Below, in pieces: positions 12,205 through 24,400 of a stretch of DNA of 64,000 bases. The translations under genes and the position numbers were made by a program. The stretch is taken from the NCBI GenBank assembly GCA_040285855.1, contig JAUFOQ010000002.1:2542001-2606000 (forward strand), given 5' to 3'. Source of the DNA: Eukaryota sp. GEM-RC1 (lineage: Eukaryota). Each line of letters begins with the position of its first letter. Position 1 is the first letter of the stretch. Under the pieces are notes generated by a model. The model was not told the origin of the DNA. It made no database searches and worked only from the letters and a program-made list of their open reading frames with translations.

Positions 12205-15200
12205 ATGCAATCTGACTATTCTTCTCTTAAATCATGCCTCGATAATGGAATTGAACATCATTTTTCTCTTGATCTCTTAGCTCATTTCATTCCAGACTTC
12301 TTATCTGTTTTCACTAAACGAGCATCACCTAAAACATCTACAAAACCCCCGGAAATCAAAAGTCGGAGCCACCAGTCCTTTGTTGGAAAACTCCACAACT
12401 CAACAGTCTTCGACTTTCTATCTCATCCATCTCTTGAAGCCCATGGAACTCCCAGTGTAATAACTTCTCTTGGAATCAACAACAAACTTTCTCCCCTATC
12501 TTTAGTCTTTGTAGGTACTTTATCGGGTAAAGTCATTGTTCTAAATCGCGATGATTCGGGTGCTCTTTCTTTTGTTGGACTTCTTCCTCTTAGAGTAAAC
12601 CGTAGATCCTCGCCAATTGGTTCTTTTACCTCAATTGATGCTAAGATCATCCATACATACTCTGCTTCGTCCTCTCAATTACTTACCTTTGGTGTCTTAG
12701 TAGCTGTTGGTGACGTCAACGGTCACATCATCGTCTGGGAACTTCCTCTACTCCAAAGAACTTCCACCAAGATCCTAGTCAATATCTCAAACGCCACTCT
12801 CCTCAAAATCATTGAACAACCAGTCAGTCCTTCATCATCCCTTCCCACGTCAGCTCTTTCCCAAAGTGACGACTCTTCAAAAATAGTCAGAGCTGAACCA
12901 ACTGTAATGTATGTTGCAATAGTAGATGGTTGTGACGGGAGACTTCAGATAGTTGGAGCTTGGAATACGGGATTAATAGCTTTGTTTACTTTATCAAAAG
13001 CATTGTTGACTGTTAATTTAGATCATGTTGTGTTGATGCCAGCTAATGATGATCTGACACCTTCCTCTTTGGTGCAGTCGGTGACGTCACCAGCAGTTCT
13101 TCCACACAGACCTTCTGCTTGTGGAGTATATCTCTTTACAAATCAATTGTTAATGCTGTCACTCTCACCTGTGCTTAAGGTTGTGGCTGCTGTATCTATT
13201 AATAGAATAACTGAAGCAGTGGGGATCAGTGTCGACCCCCAATCAGGTCTTGATTGGAGTGTGGATATTGAGCCTCTTATTCTCAATCAAAAGAGATCAA
13301 TTCCACCCATTCCTCGTGTTTCAGTTTTGATCCAAAATTTCCTCGTGATTTTGACTGTCATTCCTCATGACGAAGCTCATTCAACAGCCGAACAACAATC
13401 AAAAAGCATAGGAAGGTTTACAATCGAGCAGGTCTTTGAACTTTCCTCTGAATACCAATCACAACAACTTTCCTTTACCTCTCACAAATGGAATGCTCTT
13501 AACTCCATCCTTCTTCTTACTTCTACTAGCGTTGTCTTCCCACTTGAGCTAGGAGCTCCAGTGACTACTTTGTCTCAACTTCAAGGAGGAAACTTTGCCA
13601 GGAGTACGGTTGCATTGAGGGTGGAGGAATCGGTGAATGTTGTCAATATAACGTTGTTGTCCCAATCAAATATGATTTCAAGAGGTCAGAATTCAGTGAG
13701 AGTTCCTTCGTTTTGTCAATCATTTGTGATTGATGCTCCTGTACATCACTCATTAGCGTCACTTAATGAATCAAATTCAGTAGTTCTACTGGGCCAAGAT
13801 TCAATCGTTAAAATTGATTTTCGACCCAACGTTGCCAGAACAAAAGAGCTCATTGATTTAGGCATGTATTACGATGCTCTCTGCCTTATATACCCTTCAG
13901 AAATAATTGACTGTGACTTTATCGAACCCTCATCACTTTTGATTGATGTCGTCAAGGAACTGAGTCGTATCAAATTCTCCTCAAAGGATGAATTAGTCCA
14001 AGTTTTCCTTTTCCTAACCAAATTCTCTATTAAACATAATTGCATGGACACCTTATTTGCCGTAGATCTATCAGCAATGTCCAAGAAATTCCAAAAGTGC
14101 TTCTTCACTGCTCTAGAAGAACTTCTCCTCACTTACCCACCTCTTCTTCCAGCTGACGTCCTCCCTCCAACTTCCACAGTTAAAGATGCTCTGGGATACG
14201 TCCTTACATTAGACGGAGGCCAGGACCGATGTTCTCACCTACTTTTGTGTTTACTGGATCATATTCTCGCGTCAGCAACTTATTCTAGGGATCATTTGCT
14301 TCTATGTATTTCCTATTGTACCCAATTATCAAACCCTGAGATATGTCCTGAAGAATTAATCTTGTGTCATTACTCTGTTTTTGTCGTTCTTTCCAGAGTT
14401 ATACAGATTAAACAGTGACCAAGAGGCCCATTCTGAGTCGTTTCAACGTGGTTTAGACTTAATTTCCACTCATTTAGATGATTCCTTTATAAGTTCTTTG
14501 TTTGGACGAATTTGTAGTAATGAATTTCCCATCCCACTTCGATATTCAATCTCCCAAGATATTGTCAAGTCATTTTTAAATATATTTACTTATTGGTTAA
14601 CTAAAACTTCTGGAGGACATGCTTGTTTTCTACGTTTGGTAAAGAGAGACTTGAATTCAGCTCTTGTCTTGTTGTTTACTGGATTCAAATCTTCGTCCTT
14701 AAAAACGGGTGACGTGATTACGTCGTTGATTGACAGTTTGATTGATTCGTCATTGTTTCCATTGCTGTCGTCCCTTGAAGAACTGAATAATTTCAAATAT
14801 TTATCTATTGTTTTGGAGTATTTGGCACTTGATTTGATCTCCTCCAAGTCAATTTTTACTACTAGTACGTCATTCATCCCAATCAGACCATTAATCAGAA
14901 TTTTGACCCATCTCACGTCATCATCGTGTAGTAATGAACCCTCTGAAGGAATCATTCCATTCACAATGGAAACTCGATCTATTGTAATGTCGACATTGGT
15001 GCGAAATATTCGCAAATTATATTTAAATTTGTGTCAATTTTCATCATCTGACATTGCTGCTCTTTCGTCGATGGCTCTCAACAACGGCTTCCTTCCATCT
15101 TCAGTATTTTTGACCGCAATCAATGATCCAATCAAATCACTCAACATTCTGATTGATTTCAAAGGCTCTGATGACGATCTCCTGCCTTTCTCAATCGTTC

Positions 15201-16335
15201 CCCCACCTTCATCCACTCTAAAAGGCATTTGTAACATTGTTGAAGCTCTATTCGCTGATAACTACAAACTAAAAGCCAAACCATTCTCACCTGACCAACA
15301 TTCTCAGTTTGAAAAGGCTGTCGTCCAATTAGTTCCTACTCTAGCTACTTTAAACCCCAGTGGAACTGCTTTTCTTAGCTGGAGCACGGCTTCATGCTCA
15401 CATTGCCTACATTGTCCCTGCCCTTCAATCACAGCCGTTTCTTTTATACACTTTATTAGCAGCCCTTGACAAGAGGGAAGAATCTTCCAGTGGACGCGCT
15501 GGATACGTATATCACTTTACTATGTGAGTTTTCTCCTCAAGAAGCATTGAGTGTCTTGAAATCAAAACAAATGGTTGGAATTAATCTGGCTAAGGCTTTA
15601 AAAGCGGCTCAAAAGTTTGGGGTGATTGAAGTTGCTTCCTATGTCCTTGAACGTACTGGAGATGTTGAAGGAGCACTGAGTTTACGGTTACAGCAGTTGT
15701 CTAATGCTCTAGATCTTTTAGAAGGAGATTTCTCAACTGATGTTCAGGATACAGTGAAATCTTGCTTTTTAGAAGCTTCCTCGATTTGTTTCCGTAATTC
15801 TTCCTCTTCCGATCCCAGTACTGGTCTCTTTTCAGCCTTTGGAGACTCTCCTGATGAACATTGGGACCGATGTCTATCTGCTCTACTCTGCCATCAAGTG
15901 TGGCGGACAAAGGCTATCCAGAGTCAGAATATTAAAAAGTTTAGTATATTTTTGGTTGATTTATTGGTGAATTCCTGTGTAGAGCTAGGTGCTGATGCAG
16001 TGCTAGACAAGATCGTCAAGAACTGTGCGGACCTACCTCTCTCCCTTATAAGACCTACCATATCATCCCTTCTTGACACAATCTCCTTCAATGCTTCGAT
16101 GGCTAACGCTGCAGTTCGAGCAGTTTCTGGGGACACGTTTGTTCTCTCACACAGTTTAGTAAGAAATGCAAAACAAGGAACTAAATCATTTGGAAGTGGA
16201 AGTGTTTGCTTTGATTGTGAGAATCCTTTGACTTCGGATTGTATGCTCTTTATGTGTGGTCATCATTTCCATCATGATTGTGTCGAGTCAAAGAGTTGTC
16301 CTGTTTGTTTCCCTCGAAAGATTAGAAAAGTGTAA
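12205..16335 (+). CDS. VPS8: Vps8-like CORVET subunit (beta-propeller, alpha-solenoid, C-terminal RING-H2); frameshifted
   Basis: N-terminal propeller-like strands, clathrin-repeat-like YITLLCEFSPQEAL...ASYVLERTGDVEGAL, C-terminal CFDC..FMCGHHFHHDC..CPVC. Frame breaks near 14360-14415, 15370 and 15475. Confidence 0.6.
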
Positions 16336-16563
16336 TTTTTGGGTTGTGTATTTATTGTTGTTGTTGAGTTCTTTTTGTATATTTATAAATTCTGTGCCTT
16401 TTTCTGATCACGTTTAGGGTTCTAAAGTCACTTTTTAGCCTTAGAATTGATTCTGTCTATCGTGCAATTTCATGTTACTAAAGCAAATTCTGTACAATGG
16501 TAACTGTACTAGGTTCTCATACATTACAGTAGAGTGATCAATGTGTTATAAGTTATAACACAC

Positions 16564-18372
16564 ATGAGTAAAAGTGAGTTTTCTATTGTTACTGGACCAA
16601 CTTCTATTTTTGTTATGACCACATCTGATGGCAGCATATTGTCTCTGCAGACAGACCTGACCAAGTCTCCCATCACACTTACGATTCCAGGGCACATCTC
16701 CATTGATGAGTTACATCATCTTGTTACCTCATCACTTACCATGACTAACACGGCTTTCAAAATTCCAGATCATTATGCCATTTACGTTCAAACGTTAACA
16801 AACCAGCGAATTTGGATTGACCATGACAACATCGATCTGGTATACTTTTCACCCATCCTGTACTTTTATAGCCACATATGTAACATACAAATCACAATAG
16901 GGTCATCGTCCAAGTCCTTCAGCCTCCAAATCGACGATAAACAACCTGTTTCCCACATCACCACTCTTATAGCTCGAGACTTAGACATCGACCACTCAGC
17001 TCCACTAGCTGAATTCTCTCTGCACTCATCTCTCCCCAATGATTTAATCGGACCAATCCTTAACCCCACATTAACCTTGGGTTCTCAGCACGTTCCCTTC
17101 TCCTCCAATCTTTATCTTGTGCGTACTGCTTATGTTAACTCTTTTGCTAAACTCACTCCCAATCTCATCTCCCTCCACTTCCATGATTTCTCTTCCTCCG
17201 TGATCAATGGATGTATGAAGCTCACCCAAGGACAAGCAGTTGAACTGGCCACTCTCTCCATCACTGCTACTCTTGGATCTTCCTCTCCAAAGTCTCTCAA
17301 ACCACAGATGGCTGCACAACACTTGCCAGCAAACTTTGCTGCTGACTCATCAATATTAAACAGAGTAGTATCTAACTACAAAACTTCCAAAGGACAAATC
17401 AACCTCGATATTGAGACTGCAATGTTAGCCTATCTGCAGCTAGTAGAAGCACTACCATGTTTTGGTATATCCTCTTTTGCAGTAAAACACAATGGGAAAA
17501 GACAAGTAATTCACATAAGTAGATTGGGAATCTTGTTAACAAGTGGCCGAGAGGAGGTCAACAAGTATTCCTTTTCTAAAGGACCTGGACGGGAGTTTCA
17601 CAGAATTGAAGATGTTGTGGGAGTCGCCTATGATGATCGGATATTACTTGTTGATTTCCGTGATTGTGATTTGATTTTGACATGTCATAGTCAATCGAAA
17701 ATGATTGGAGAAGTTTTATTGCGATACACTCGTCTTTTGGATACTTGTCATGGAGTTTATTTAATTCATGACGTGTCAGCTGCTCTGGGGATTATTTCTT
17801 TGAAGAAAGAAATAGATGCTCAAAAGAAAAGACTGGAGAAACGTATTTCAAATCTTCTACTTTCATCAAGCGGAGTTTCTGAATCTATACGTAAGTTATG
17901 CACCAATTATAGCCGAGATATTGCAGATCTTCAGTTTAAATGTGTCCAAAGTGCTGGTGTTGTTTCCTCTCTTCAAGGAGAACTACACAGTTTACAAGAG
18001 AAATTGAAGGGATTGGATGAAATGAATACTAGAGTGAATGAATTGGAAATGTTGGATAAGGAGAAAACTAATCAGATTGTGGAATTGAGCTCTACTAATC
18101 AAGAATTGGTGGCTACCAATCAAGAGCAACTCAAGCAGATAGATGAGCTAGAATTACGTGTTGTGGAACTGGCAAAGACATCAAGGGGACCAGCTGATTT
18201 AAGTGTTATAAGAAGAGGTTTTGTAAGGTCTGTAGCGAAACCCTATTTTGAGAAACAGTCTTCCCATCATAATTCTCTAAAAGAAGTAGTTACTGTGAAA
18301 AGAATGTTGACCAAGATTGTAGGATCATTGGCATTGAAGATGAAGAAAGTCCTGTTAGCAATAATTAAATAA
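16564..18372 (+). CDS. FERM-domain (talin-head-like) protein with C-terminal coiled coil
   Basis: FERM F2/F3-like QAVELATL...AMLAYLQLVEALPCFGISSFAVK, followed by a heptad-rich tail. Confidence 0.6.
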   Translation: MSKSEFSIVTGPTSIFVMTTSDGSILSLQTDLTKSPITLTIPGHISIDELHHLVTSSLTMTNTAFKIPDHYAIYVQTLTNQRIWIDHDNIDLVYFSPILYFYSHICNIQITIGSSSKSFSLQIDDKQPVSHITTLIARDLDIDHSAPLAEFSLHSSLPNDLIGPILNPTLTLGSQHVPFSSNLYLVRTAYVNSFAKLTPNLISLHFHDFSSSVINGCMKLTQGQAVELATLSITATLGSSSPKSLKPQMAAQHLPANFAADSSILNRVVSNYKTSKGQINLDIETAMLAYLQLVEALPCFGISSFAVKHNGKRQVIHISRLGILLTSGREEVNKYSFSKGPGREFHRIEDVVGVAYDDRILLVDFRDCDLILTCHSQSKMIGEVLLRYTRLLDTCHGVYLIHDVSAALGIISLKKEIDAQKKRLEKRISNLLLSSSGVSESIRKLCTNYSRDIADLQFKCVQSAGVVSSLQGELHSLQEKLKGLDEMNTRVNELEMLDKEKTNQIVELSSTNQELVATNQEQLKQIDELELRVVELAKTSRGPADLSVIRRGFVRSVAKPYFEKQSSHHNSLKEVVTVKRMLTKIVGSLALKMKKVLLAIIK

Positions 18373-18467
18373 AGTCCTGTATATTGATGTTGTTTACTAC
18401 AGAAATCCTCTCAAACACAAATTCAAATTTAAAAAAATACAGTTTCATTTGTTAGCATCTTTGCCAC

Positions 18468-21400
18468 ATGAAAATATCGTTTTTGTGTATCACTTCATAT
18501 AGAAACCCACACATCTCTGGCAGTTTCAATAAGTGGGATTTTCGTTCTGTGAAAAGGCTTGGTCATGGGTGTTTGTTTCACGAATCCTTCAATGTACAAC
18601 CCTCCAATTCTCCCATAGTGGAGTACAAGTATTGTGTCAAATTTTGGAATGTGACTCACGAACCTGGGGACAATCGTATCCTTGATATATCTGTGTCCCC
18701 AACAGCTTACGACATCTTCCAGCATCCCCCGTGCCCATCTGATTTCCTTATATGTATTGGTGATCTCCTACTCAATAAGGAGCGTGTTTCTTCTGATGAG
18801 ACTATTCGGCGTGACATTATTGGTCTCCTTAACGCGTATCAAACACGGTCCCATATGACTCATTGCTCACAATATTCAAAGGGTGTACAATGGTCTGCAC
18901 AACAGCTACTTCACAACCATCTCTATGACGTTCTACTTATCCTTTGTTCTCACTTCCCTAACTTCATTCATACGCTTGGGCATACAGAGATCAAACACAT
19001 CTTACACCATTACGATCTTTCCACCTACACAGGCCCTTCTGAAGGCATTTACCTTCTATTTCAACAGATATCCCGTTCTGGAGTCAGTGTTTATGCTTTT
19101 ACTCTACTTCGTCGTTTCTCTTCAACTCGATCCTTACCATCCAGTCTTTCAGAACATCGTAACCTCTCATTTCTTCAACAACTTGCTTCATCTCTAAACA
19201 ACGATAGGGAAATCCTCACCATTCTCAGATCAGATGTCTTCCCAAAACTTCTAATTGATCCCCTCGCTGGTAAGTGCATTTCCCTCCTGAAACGTGCTTA
19301 TCTTGGCCTCAAACTAGGGGAATGTTTCCTCAATGAAGTGCTTAATCGTATTGGAAGTCAACCTGATATGCTTGCTCGTTTATATGTCTTGAACTTTTCA
19401 CCGAACTTTCTCCGTAATCTATCAGCGTTCAATTCCTACATCCTACCTGTTATTCGTGAGAATCCAATGCTAATGTCTTTCTTTTCACATCACTTATCAG
19501 CCCATGATACCTTCTTTACATTCCTTTTAAACGAAACTTCTATTGATCTGTTGATGACGTGTCTTCCGTCCTTAGTAGAATTCGTTGTACTGCCAGAGTT
19601 CTTTGTTGATAGAGTTTCTGAGTTGTTATTGAAGTCGTTAGAAGTCAACAAAGCTTCAGTCTTGCAGAGACTGTATTCAAACTTTCCTGTCATCTTTTCT
19701 GGTTGGTCAAGATATCCGAAATTCTTTAAGTTATTCCAATCACGTCTTCCAAACAAAATCAATTCTCTCCATGATTTGATGGATCCTTTTTTAAAACACG
19801 TGTTTGCTGTACTAGAGTTTGATTCGTCGTTCCGTGTTGATGCGGTTGTTGCTCGTTATACCGATCTTCATAAAAGTTCTGAATCTACTGTTACAATTGG
19901 TGAACTTTTAGATGTTCTTTCTACTTCCAAGCAAGTTGACGTTTTGATTGACAATATTCCACCTGTCATGGCTCATAGATTTGATTCTGAAAGGTTCAGA
20001 ACACGAATTATACGATTTCTTGAAAAAGTTTTCACTTTAAAGTCCCGACTTGAAAGTTACATTCTTCTAGCTTCCTCTTTGAAAAATTCCAAAGAAGAAA
20101 CCCGATTATCAACACTTCTGAATGATCTTCCAATGCATTTGGTTAGCATTGTTAACAGCGACCTTTTGCTGAATCACCATTCAATATCAGTTTCATTATT
20201 GATTGCTTTTCTGATGGAATTGGACGAGATTTGTTCATTGACAATGCTGATATTTTGGAACAAATGTTTTCTTCAACACTGTTCGTTCATTTTGCTGAAC
20301 AAAACAGTTTCTATAGTTCTACCGGTGATGAACTCTATACAAAGGCTGAAGAGATTGGAGGCTTTATTCTTGAGTTTTTCCAAGAACTGGACCTTAATTC
20401 TACTGTATCTTCTCTTTCAGTGTGGAACTTATTAAATGATGTTCAAGTACGAAATGAAATTGAAACATTCAAGTTCTTAGTAAAACCGTCTTGTAAAGAG
20501 CTCATCGTTGAATCTGTTTGTCTGTGGAGCTCACGATTGGATTGGAGGCAAGTCGTTGATTTTTTTGGAAACAATTGCCCCTCGAAATAGTATATTTAAC
20601 ACGAGATTTAATCTCACTGACCCTCAAAACCGCCTAAATGATTACTTAGAATGGTTTAAAACAATCGAAAACGTTCACGCATGCGAGCGCTGTAATTCAA
20701 TGCAACCACCTTTCTATTTCCAAATAATGAAGAACTTTTCAAATATTGAGCATATCCTACCCATTCTTGAAAAAAGATCATCAATGTCCCAAGACATTCT
20801 TCAATCAAAAATCAATGGAAACGTTGCCATTGATTTCATTGCCCTCAAGCCACTCGTGATCTCTTTTTAGATCTCACTACTAACTCCTCTTCTATCTTCA
20901 ATCGCTTTTTCAAACCTTTTTCATCCAGAAAACTCGTTTCTCAGTGGAGGAGATCATTTCTGTTGTTCATGAGTGGATGGTGGCTAATAATTACCATGAT
21001 GCGGAGACCATTAACAACTTTACTAATGAGTTTACTGATTTGAAGTGTAACATTACCGCTCTTGACAATCTTTTAGATGCTTCTGATAATCAGAATGCTT
21101 TGTTAGAGTTGATTGCTGAATCCAATTTTGAAAAGGGTATACTTACTTTTGATTTAAATACGGTCTCTGTCGAACTCTCGATTTCTGTTAACAAAACTAC
21201 TAAACAAATTTCTGCGGAAAGATTCAAAAACAGTCGTTCTGAAGCAATTTTACGTAGATCGGAATTTTTAAAAGATGTTGTATTGAAAGGAAACACGGCT
21301 GAAAAACAAGAAATGTCTGAAAAATTGAAGCATTTTTTAAATATGTGTTCTGACGTAGACAAAGTCATTCGCTCAATTACTGAACTCAAGGATCTTAGTT

Positions 21401-24400
21401 ATCCCTTACAACCACAAGATGACTCTGTAGAAATGCTTGTAGAAGTGTCTGAGCTCTCCTCTAAAGCAGATGATCTTGATAACTTGCTTAAGTTGTGGTC
21501 ACGACTCATTGATGATGCTCAAGGAACTGCATTTAGAGGTCTTCATCCCAAAGAAATTTGTGATTTGTTGTTGACAGCACCAACTGATAGAGATGCAAAG
21601 TTCCAACACTTACTTGGATTATTTCCTATTCAAAGAGAGATTCTCGATGGCGTTCACGTTGGTTCTGATATTGATGACTCTCTTACCCCTGACACACTGT
21701 CTCCTGAATGGATTTGTGATCGTTTACAGGCTATTGTTGACTCTTGTGGTCCCGTTGCTTCTACTTCCTCGTCCATTTTCAACTACTACCAATCTGCTTC
21801 TTGGCCTGACATGTTTCAGGATACTCTAAAAGTGGGAATCAAGGAGGGAATCAGTCTGAGTTTCAAAAATGTACTATTATGTACTAATTCGACAGTCCTA
21901 TCATCTTTAAAAGCTATTATATTTGACTCAGTTGAATCTCCCAAGATAATAAGTGGAATTGATATGCTTTCTCTTACAGTTTTCGAAGAGTTGTTGGGTT
22001 TTCTACAGTATTTGACTGGTAAAGTGAAATTTCAGATTCATATAATTGGTGTCACCAAACTTATTCCTGACAATTCTACTGCAAATCATGTAAGTGTACC
22101 TAAGAATGTTGATGATTCTGTTATATTTGCCCTGTCCAAAGTGGAAGGTATCTATACTTCTGATTGTCCAGGTCAAGGAAAAACTACCAAAGCAAAACAA
22201 CACTGTGAGAAGTCTCTTTACGTTTCTGGAAAATTGAATTTTTCCGAAATAATTTCAACTCAACTCGTAAATGTCGATTTCTCAAATCCTTCGCTTCACA
22301 TTGATATTGGGGAACCTTTTGATGTCCTCTCTGATGTTTCTTTAGAACAAACATGGTGTCATCGAACAGATCCTTCTAACAGAAGTCCATTGAATTCCTT
22401 TGACTTTTACAATCTTTGTGTATTGTTGTTTTCTTTTTCTTATCTTCATGGAATTCGACACAATGGAACTTCCTTTGCTTTATATCCAAACTCCAAATTG
22501 TTTATAGAATTCGCCACTTATCACAAGCATCCTCATGGAATCAGTTTTGATTGGGTTGACAAGTGTATTAAATCAGTGTTTACTCCTAGTATTATTACTT
22601 CAAAACTCAAAAACTAACCTTTTCTATTCCAGAGTTGATTTTGACTGGAGATGACGTCACTACTTGCCTCAATTATCTATCAGAAATAAGACCAGTAGAT
22701 AGCACCAACCAATCACATCTCACTCTTCTATTAAGTGAAACCTTTTGTAAGAGTCTAGCTCCCCCTCGACCCCAGTATTATTCGTACAGACTCTTGTCAA
22801 ACATCATTACTCTAGTAGCTCAACAGCTGACTTATTTCCCTGCATTCTCAGCTTCTTTTATAGAGACTTCTGAAGAATCAACCAATCAAATCTCTCGAAC
22901 TGAGATCATTGAGCTCCTCTTTGGATTCTCCCGCAAAGTGATTTTGTTATCAACCCCGACCACAACTTCCCCTACTCCAAAGGACCATGACGTGATCATT
23001 TCTTGGAGCAGTATGACTGATACAATGTTCTGTCTCCAAAACATTAGTGGTAATTCTCTTTTAATCAATGTCCCTAGTCGTAGTTCCAATTTACCTCCTT
23101 CCTTTTCTCAAGCACTCCAAGTCTATGATCCTTATAAAAGGGGAGCAATCCCTGATAGTATTGCTGACCGTAGGCAAATGATTAGAGGTTTCACTTTCAG
23201 TGGTGACTTACCAGCAGAGTTTTTGAATCAGAATTATCGTTACTTTGCCTTGACTAGAGATTGTTTTTTGAAACAAGTTCTACTCACGATTCGGCTGAAA
23301 GTCAATCTTCCTAGTATTTTAGTTGGATCCAGTGGAATTGGGAAGACTTTCTTAATTCGTTTTCTATGTTCTCTCCTGTTCTACAACTCTTCCATTGACT
23401 CGTCAGAATTATTTAGAATTATTTCTGTAAACCCTGGAACTTCCTTAAATGATATAGAAGAAGTTATTAACGAAATCAACATAGCTGCTGAACGTTTACC
23501 CAGTCGCTTGGACCAAACAACTGTCGACAAACTCTTTCCTGTTCTGTTCTTTGATGAGTGTAACACCAGTGAACATTTAGGTGTGATCTCGTCTCTAATC
23601 ACGACACGTCGTTATGGTCACATGACAATTCATCCGTCTGTACGAATTTTGGGCGCCATGAATCCTGTTACAGCTGATAAACTCTACACTGTGTATCCTG
23701 TACCAGCCAACCTCATTCCCTTTACCCTCAACTTTGGAACTCTGGATCCTGCTGACGAGAAGGAATACGTAGAGCAAATAGCTAAATCATTTGGATTTGA
23801 TAGGGATAAGTCCATGACACTCTCAAAGTCACTTGTTGCGTGCCACTCAAAAATTCCTACGAAAAACGTCTCATGGATGGTCTCCTTACGTGACGCTGTT
23901 CGATGTTGTCGAATTCTCAAGTCTTTACTCGAATTCCGTCAACGTATTAATGAAGATCACTGCTTCTTTGCTCATATTACTCCTCGTGACGTTTTTAAAG
24001 AACTTTTAATTATTGCGATTCATGTTTGTTACGTGTGGAGAGTTCCTGGAGATCAACATCAGAAGCAAATAGTTCTAGCAGTTGCAAAGGAACTTAAGAG
24101 CTCTTCTGGTCAAATGAAGCAATTAGTTGATTGTACAGCTGAGAACCTTGCAATCTTTTTAAATAAGCCAGAAGATGTTCGAGATACAGAATACTTTTTA
24201 CAGAACATTCTTGCTCTTTTCGTTGGAATTCTTACCTGCACTCCAATCATTTTGATTGGTAATCCCGGTCTTTCGAAATCCCTATCACTTACACTTCTCG
24301 TTAACTTTTTAGCTAGAGTGGATCCTGATACAGACTCTGGTGCTGGTCTTTTCCAGGCCTTTGTTACTTACTTCCAGGGGTCTGCTTCAGCTACTACTCA

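Noticed and set aside
15370..15480. Ty1-like or Euplotes-like programmed +1 frameshift in VPS8
   Set aside because: No consistent slippery motif across sites; two-base homopolymer deletions explain them equally well.
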